Positions 58,540 to 64,000 of a DNA stretch of 64,000 bases are shown piece by piece. Position 1 is the first letter of the stretch. Every line of letters begins with the position of its first letter. Both the position numbers and the translations under genes were made by a program. Under the pieces are notes generated by a model that was not told the DNA's origin, did no database searches, and saw nothing but the letters and a program-made list of their open reading frames with translations. Source of the DNA: Candidatus Latescibacterota bacterium (GTDB lineage: Bacteria > Latescibacterota > UBA2968); assembly GCA_965204375.1 (NCBI GenBank), contig OZ241986.1:5664001-5728000 (forward strand). The letters are read 5' to 3'.

Positions 58540-59502
58540 TTATCTCCGCTTGTCACCCTCAACAGGTCCCAGTGTGAAGGTCTTGCCACTTTGCGTGGCT
58601 CTGGCACCTGTTACCAGTCCGCTTACAAAACCAAAGATGCCAAAAATTGCGGCGGCCCAGATTGTCGTCTCTTTGACATCGGCATTGGTCTGCCAGGCGG
58701 CAAGTGCCCCGGTCAATGCGCCCATTGCGGCGCCTCCAATTCCCTGTACAATTGCCCTTTCCATCGCCACGGAGCCGCGTTCTCCAAAGAATTGCACTTT
58801 GTGAATTTCATCTACAGCGACTTTGTGAACGCTCAATTCCGTCTCGATCAAAATGTTATCATCTTCATAGGCGGGCAAAAATTCGCCTTTGATTTGTTTC
58901 TTATCCTTCAGGGTGACCATTCCGGGAAAGCGCGTTTGCACCTGAAAGCGCACTCTGCGTTCTTCAAAAGAAATGGCATCCTCGGTATATTGCGGATAGG
59001 TCTCGTCTATTTTGGAGGAGTCTGCAATTGTGTATTCGCCTTTTACGATTTCATCGAAATGTTCGATGTATTCTCTCAAGCGGCGCAGATTATTTTCACT
59101 TTGCACATTCACCAGCCGCGTTTCAATGCGGGGACCCGACCGGTATTGAATTTTAATGGCGAGTTTGCCATTGTCTCGTTTCATAAACTCGGCAAATTGA
59201 AATCCCGCTACGCCCAGATGCAAGATTGGAAGATTTATTTTTTGAGTATAAATGGTCGCTCCCTGAAATAAACCGTAGCGATTGCTTTCTTCCAGATCGA
59301 TTTGAGGACCCACCCGGGAGCTTAACACAATGCGCGTGCCCGATACATGTCCCACATCGACAATCTCCCATCCATCATTTCCCAATTCGTAAATCCCGCG
59401 TTCGTATTGTGTTTCCTTTTCGCTTTCGGCTGCCGGAATAGGGCAAATCGAAAAAAGTAAAAAGCTCATCGCAGTAATCAATGAAATCGATTTTTTTATC
59501 AT
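58540..59502 (-). CDS. Hypothetical exported protein with Gly-zipper TM tail
   Basis: Signal peptide, GGAAMGALTGA. Confidence 0.75.
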   Translation of the reverse strand: MIKKSISLITAMSFLLFSICPIPAAESEKETQYERGIYELGNDGWEIVDVGHVSGTRIVLSSRVGPQIDLEESNRYGLFQGATIYTQKINLPILHLGVAGFQFAEFMKRDNGKLAIKIQYRSGPRIETRLVNVQSENNLRRLREYIEHFDEIVKGEYTIADSSKIDETYPQYTEDAISFEERRVRFQVQTRFPGMVTLKDKKQIKGEFLPAYEDDNILIETELSVHKVAVDEIHKVQFFGERGSVAMERAIVQGIGGAAMGALTGALAAWQTNADVKETTIWAAAIFGIFGFVSGLVTGARATQSGKTFTLGPVEGDKRR

Positions 59503-59512
59503 GAAATTCTCC

Positions 59513-60133
59513 TCACTCACCACAGATTGATTCGGAAATGCCATCTAAAATATACGGGCGGTACTTATGAAATTGCAGGCGTGGGTGAAACCAGGTGCCC
59601 TCGGGGTCTGCTGTGCCGGGAATGGAAACCATGCCGGTCAGGTCGATTCTGGACAATGTCGCTTCTCCCAAGAACCATTCCGCAATTTGTCTGGCCGTGC
59701 GATTTGGCCGTCCATTTTCGATGGGAATTTCCCTATCCATAGGAAAAAATAGCGCGCCATCTCCCAATACGGATACATCGTTTTGATATGCCTGTGCGGC
59801 TTCGGTTATTTGGCCGGGTTCCGATATGACAACACCTGTTACACAAGCAATATCCTCTTTGGATACCACATCGCTAAATAGTGTGCGAATGCGATTTTGT
59901 AGCCCGCCGTAACTATCTAAAAGATGTGATGACCGGGGGTTCACGCCAGCTTGAAGAAGGCCCAACGTATTGTAGCGCAAACACTCAGAGACAAAATCGT
60001 CTTCATTGTCAAATAGTCCCACGCCGATCAGATTTTCGCCATCCAGTACATTGAGTTGCGTGAGTCCCAAATCTGACTTGTGCTGAAGCAAATCGTAAAA
60101 ACGCCGTACATCCCGCTCGTTAAAACGCTTCAT
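59513..60133 (-). CDS. Hypothetical protein
   Basis: ATGA-coupled to argH; fills the operon. Confidence 0.7.
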   Translation of the reverse strand: MKRFNERDVRRFYDLLQHKSDLGLTQLNVLDGENLIGVGLFDNEDDFVSECLRYNTLGLLQAGVNPRSSHLLDSYGGLQNRIRTLFSDVVSKEDIACVTGVVISEPGQITEAAQAYQNDVSVLGDGALFFPMDREIPIENGRPNRTARQIAEWFLGEATLSRIDLTGMVSIPGTADPEGTWFHPRLQFHKYRPYILDGISESICGE

Positions 60134-61527
60134 CCAGATGCCTCTCCATCGGTCAGCAAACGCCGTCCTGCTTCGATCTGCCTCAAAACAGAGTCGCGTC
60201 CTGTTCCGCCATCCAGATTGCGCTGTGCTGTACTGGCTTCTGCCGACAATATCGCTTGCACATCGGTGTCGAATACCCCAGATGCTGCGCGCAATGTCGG
60301 CAGGTCCAATTCTTCCAGTTTTTGTCCGCGCGCCAGAGCGGTTTTCACCAGTTCTCCAACGATGCGGTGACACCGGCGAAAAGGTACGCCCTTTCGCACC
60401 AGATAATCGGCCAGATCGGTGGCTAAAATGGTGCCGTCTATGGCATCGGCCATCCGCTCGCCTTTAATTTTCATGGTCTGCCATACACCCGCAAAGACCG
60501 ATAGGGACATCTGCACGGTTTCTGCGGTGTCAAAGACGGGTTCTTTGTCTTCTTGCATGTCTTTGGCATAAGCCAGCGACACGCCCTTCATCACGGTGAG
60601 CAGAGACATCAGGTTGCCGTACACGCGTCCTGTTTTGCCGCGTACCAGTTCCAGTGAATCGGGGTTCTTCTTTTGCGGCATCATGCTCGATCCGGTGCTG
60701 AAGGCGTCGTCCAGTTCGACAAATCCAAATTCGGAAGACGACCAGATGATCAGATCTTCGCAGAATCGGCTCAAGTGTGCCATCAAGATAGATGATGCCG
60801 ATAAATACTCGAGGAAATAATCGCGGTCACTGACTGCATCGATGCTGTTTTCAGTGATGCGATCAAAACCCAGTTCCTCGCGCAAAAATTCTCGGTCAAT
60901 CGGATACGCACTTCCCGCCAGTGCGCCCGATCCGAGGGGCATGGCATTTGCGCGTTTCCAACAGTCTTCAAAGCGCGAGCGGTCGCGCGCCAGCATCCAG
61001 AACAGGGCCATGGCATAATGTGAAAATCGGATCGGTTGTGCCTGTTGGACGTGTGTATATCCCGGCATCAGGATATCGAGGTGTGCTTCGGCAACGTCCA
61101 ATACCACGCCCATTAACCGCTCGATTTGCGCGAGGGTGTTGGCGATTGTTTCGCGCAAGAACAGACGTTCGTCCAGGGCGACTTGGTCGTTGCGGCTGCG
61201 TCCCGTGTGAATTTTTGCGCCGGCATCGCCGACCAGTTCCGTCAAGCGCTTTTCCACTGCGGTGTGTATGTCTTCCAGTTCATCCGTCAATGGCAAGGTG
61301 CCTGCGTCGAGTTCACGCTCCACACGATTTAGACCTTTGAGGACCTGTTCCAGTTCCTGTTTTGTCAATATACCCATTCGGGCCAATGCGCGAGCTTGCG
61401 CTCGGCTGCCTTCAATATCCATTTTGTACAGGCGCCGATCAAAACCAATGGATGCATTGAATTTTTCCATTAGTTCTTCAGTCGATCCCACAAATCGCCC
61501 TCCCCAGAGCTTTTCAGCCATGGCCAT
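60130..61527 (-). CDS. argH: Argininosuccinate lyase
   Basis: KLWGGRF, HTGRSRNDQ, GSSMMPQKKNPD. Confidence 0.97.
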   Translation of the reverse strand: MAMAEKLWGGRFVGSTEELMEKFNASIGFDRRLYKMDIEGSRAQARALARMGILTKQELEQVLKGLNRVERELDAGTLPLTDELEDIHTAVEKRLTELVGDAGAKIHTGRSRNDQVALDERLFLRETIANTLAQIERLMGVVLDVAEAHLDILMPGYTHVQQAQPIRFSHYAMALFWMLARDRSRFEDCWKRANAMPLGSGALAGSAYPIDREFLREELGFDRITENSIDAVSDRDYFLEYLSASSILMAHLSRFCEDLIIWSSSEFGFVELDDAFSTGSSMMPQKKNPDSLELVRGKTGRVYGNLMSLLTVMKGVSLAYAKDMQEDKEPVFDTAETVQMSLSVFAGVWQTMKIKGERMADAIDGTILATDLADYLVRKGVPFRRCHRIVGELVKTALARGQKLEELDLPTLRAASGVFDTDVQAILSAEASTAQRNLDGGTGRDSVLRQIEAGRRLLTDGEASG

Positions 61528-61544
61528 TTCCTCTCAACAGAGCC

Positions 61545-61646
61545 GTCATCGCGGCATGGTTCCCTGTTTAAGGCATACAGGGACCTGCTTGAACCGCGGT
61601 CCAGAGTTTTTGCCTGTCATTGCGGCATGGTTTTAGCCGCAATCCA
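61545..61646. repeat. Two tandem GTCATYGCGGCATG...CCGC palindromic repeats
   Basis: Similar to 28780-28809; the first copy has an inserted TCCCTGT...ACAGGGA hairpin. Confidence 0.65.
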
Positions 61647-61706
61647 GTCTGCCAAATAAGAACAACAAGTATTAGCGAATTTTTTTAAGATCCATGACTA
61701 CTCCAC

Positions 61707-62933
61707 TCACTGAAATTTAGCGAGTACGGTTCCTAGTTCGCGGAGGGAATTGTTACGTCCTGGTTCCTCCATCAGGTCTTGTAGCAATCCGCTATCGAAA
61801 ATAGCACTGCCAATGCCGAAATCCTGAATCCAACCATCCAGTGCAACTCGGTCACCTCGGATATTTTCAAGGTTGATGACTTCTGTGCCCTGTCCGGGAA
61901 CGTTGCGTAAGAGTAAAACGCCGAGCGAATCCGATAAGTTCTCAGGGTTAAAGGCATCGAGGAGTTGAGAACTATGAGTTGTGATAATCACTTGGGAGCG
62001 TTCGGAAATTTGCTCAAGTACATTTGTAATGCCCGTCAAAGCACCAGGATGTAGATTCCGCTCCGGTTCTTCGATAGCAATAAGCGGCGGTAATTCAGGT
62101 TCGTTAAGCAAGATGTAATATGCAACGAGACGCAATGTGCCATCCGATGCTCTCTCTAAAGGTATCGGCTGCTTGTATCCTTCTAAAAGGCAGAGCTGGT
62201 TATCTGCGTCAATTTTGCACTGGTCCAGTCTAAGATTAGTAGAAGCAACGAGAGAGTCACTAACGCTTTGGAAACGATCTGGCGTATCCTCGTACCAGTC
62301 CGAGAGTAGTGCCGATAATATCGAACCATCATCATCGAGCTTTGGAGATTTGCCCAACTCTCCTGATAAAAGTAAAGATAATGGAAGCACCTTGAAATGC
62401 TCTCGTATGAGGTCTGGTCGAAAGTCGTAAAATTTCCAATCCCTAATAAACTCTGTCAAGGCTCTTGTTGTAGGCTTATCTCCATAATCGCCTGCGGACT
62501 TCAAAGCGAGTTTATTGGACTTATATGGCGTCTCGTTCTCTCCATCTTCATCCTTAACTTTGCCCTGTCCGTCCTGAACTGATATGACGTTTACATCGTT
62601 AACCAATAATTCTTCGGCAACAACTGGATTGTCAGTCTCCGCTTTCAACTTTAGTTCATACACAGTTTGGGTTTCTTTCACTTTTGTCTGTACTTGGAAA
62701 GTGATATGGCTCGCTTCACCTGCCCAAAGGAGATTTTGGATAAATTCAACTGGAGGCAGTTCTTCTTCTTTCGTCATCTCGTTGAGAAGGCGCAGGGCAT
62801 TCAAGATATTCGATTTTCCACTTGCATTTGGTCCGACGAGAATCGTTAAAGGCTTTAGCGGAAGCTCAACATCGCGCAAGCTAAGAAAGTTTTTGATATG
62901 AACGTTCTCTAAAAACACTTTCTCTTTTGACAT
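61707..62933 (-). CDS. AAA_21/ABC-type ATPase (defence/TA-associated)
   Basis: IKNFLS, GPNASGKSN, SDGTLR, IEEPERNLHP, TTHS. Confidence 0.9.
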   Translation of the reverse strand: MSKEKVFLENVHIKNFLSLRDVELPLKPLTILVGPNASGKSNILNALRLLNEMTKEEELPPVEFIQNLLWAGEASHITFQVQTKVKETQTVYELKLKAETDNPVVAEELLVNDVNVISVQDGQGKVKDEDGENETPYKSNKLALKSAGDYGDKPTTRALTEFIRDWKFYDFRPDLIREHFKVLPLSLLLSGELGKSPKLDDDGSILSALLSDWYEDTPDRFQSVSDSLVASTNLRLDQCKIDADNQLCLLEGYKQPIPLERASDGTLRLVAYYILLNEPELPPLIAIEEPERNLHPGALTGITNVLEQISERSQVIITTHSSQLLDAFNPENLSDSLGVLLLRNVPGQGTEVINLENIRGDRVALDGWIQDFGIGSAIFDSGLLQDLMEEPGRNNSLRELGTVLAKFQ

Positions 62934-62943
62934 GGCTCTTTAC

Positions 62944-63011
62944 CTCTTCTCAGATGGGGATGGCCTCTATTCGTTCCACGCGCCAGTTGTCTGGCAATCA
63001 TGCGGGTTCAA
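62944..63011 (-). pseudogene. HEPN-like toxin 5' remnant
   Basis: TTG-NPHD, frameshift, then IARQLARGTNRGHPHLRR. Confidence 0.5.
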
Positions 63012-63321
63012 AGTATCGGCCTTCCTGGACTGCTTCCCATTCAGACTTCTCGATGAATGACTTGCTCAGGAATAGAAAGTCGTCTATTCCCAGTTCCATC
63101 AGCTTTGGACGGATGCGCCTGGTCAGGCTAAGGGTCCATTCCGCATCCAGACGTTTCTGATCTCCATCGAATACAATAGTAATATTCAAATACTTGTCGC
63201 CATCGTGATCTATTTTAGGCTCTACTATGATCGGGTCGAATACGAATTCGTCCTTGAAGCGTTGGACCAATGTTTCCCTGACGATATTCGCAACTGTATT
63301 TGTCTGTATTTTGGTTGTCAT
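62998..63321 (-). CDS. Small nucleotidyltransferase-fold-like (antitoxin-like) protein
   Basis: DHDGD..L.I.IVF, SFIEKSEW. Confidence 0.6.
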   Translation of the reverse strand: MTTKIQTNTVANIVRETLVQRFKDEFVFDPIIVEPKIDHDGDKYLNITIVFDGDQKRLDAEWTLSLTRRIRPKLMELGIDDFLFLSKSFIEKSEWEAVQEGRYFEPA

Positions 63322-63333
63322 CGCTGTATTTCC

Positions 63334-64000
63334 TCACAAAGCACTTTGCCCCGCTGCGTGTTGGGCTTTTGCGCCGACGCCGAGGACGTTTAAGAAGCCT
63401 TCGGAATCGCGGTGGTCATAGTCGCCCACGTCTTCCATTGAGGCGGTTTCTTCGGAATAGAGAGAGTGGGGCACATTTTCCGATGACTGAAATAATACCG
63501 TGCCTTTGTACGCGGCGACTGTGATTGTGCCCGTCAACAATTTTGCCACGGGCGCGAGCGCGCCCTGCATCATTTGAGTGGATAAATCGCAGTAATATCC
63601 CTGGTAGATTTGTTCGGCGAGGGACGAAGAAATCGAATCGTAAAATCTTCGCGCGCGTCTGTCCAGAACTTGTTGGAGCAGGAACTCGTAACACGCGCCG
63701 AGCAGGCAAAGCCCCGGGCTTTCATATACGCCGCGCGATTTAATGCCGACAAAGCGGTTTTCTACGGTGTGAATTCCGATGCCCACGCCGTTTCGTCCGC
63801 CTATTTCATTGGCTTTCAGGATTGCGGTTACGGAATTGGTATCCGTGCCATTGATTTGTACCGGGAGGCCCGCGTCTATTCTGACGCTAAATGATTCGGG
63901 TTTATCCGGCGCCTGTGCGGGAAATACGCCCATGCCCGGTTCGATAAAATCGGCTGCGATATCGAGGTATTCGAGTTTGCCCGCTTCGTGTGTGAGGCCC
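63334..64000 (-). CDS. argG: Argininosuccinate synthase (5' part outside window)
   Basis: VENRFVGIKSRGVYESPG, SLYS...S. Confidence 0.93.
   Translation of the reverse strand, partial: GLTHEAGKLEYLDIAADFIEPGMGVFPAQAPDKPESFSVRIDAGLPVQINGTDTNSVTAILKANEIGGRNGVGIGIHTVENRFVGIKSRGVYESPGLCLLGACYEFLLQQVLDRRARRFYDSISSSLAEQIYQGYYCDLSTQMMQGALAPVAKLLTGTITVAAYKGTVLFQSSENVPHSLYSEETASMEDVGDYDHRDSEGFLNVLGVGAKAQHAAGQSAL

Noticed and set aside
1-64000. rRNA, tRNA (including tRNA-Sec), integrase or transposase genes
   Set aside because: None recognised by eye; Sec machinery, if present, lies outside this window

Overview
Bacterial chromosomal segment, G+T-rich on the + strand over most of its length. TonB-dependent receptor/PorV, T9SS-like CTD and dockerin-like proteins suggest an FCB-group organism such as Latescibacterota (inference only). 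About 50 CDSs: catabolic enzymes (SDR, BNR-amidase fusion, sulfatase, penicillin acylase), rmlA, an AT-rich R-M island with a dead endonuclease, arsC/aquaporin, redox and multiheme clusters, TPR-YcaO, an OMP-TBDR-CTD protein-PorV operon, pspA, a sigma54-linked ion-channel island, higBA, ileS, a Cyc2-like porin, argH and partial argG. Signals the ORF track misses: (1) two genes split by an in-frame TGA at catalytic Cys positions, i.e. probable selenoproteins (a rhodanese and an exported UxxC redoxin-Ig-dockerin protein) sharing a downstream hairpin; (2) a leader-peptide attenuator with Ile codons upstream of ileS; (3) a pore-less voltage-sensor domain fused to a P-loop ATPase; (4) repeated loss of toxins/nucleases with the protective partners kept; (5) three consensus sigma54 promoters and several families of intergenic palindromic repeats. 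No rRNA, tRNA or CRISPR array was seen. All calls come from motif recognition by eye; no database searches were run.
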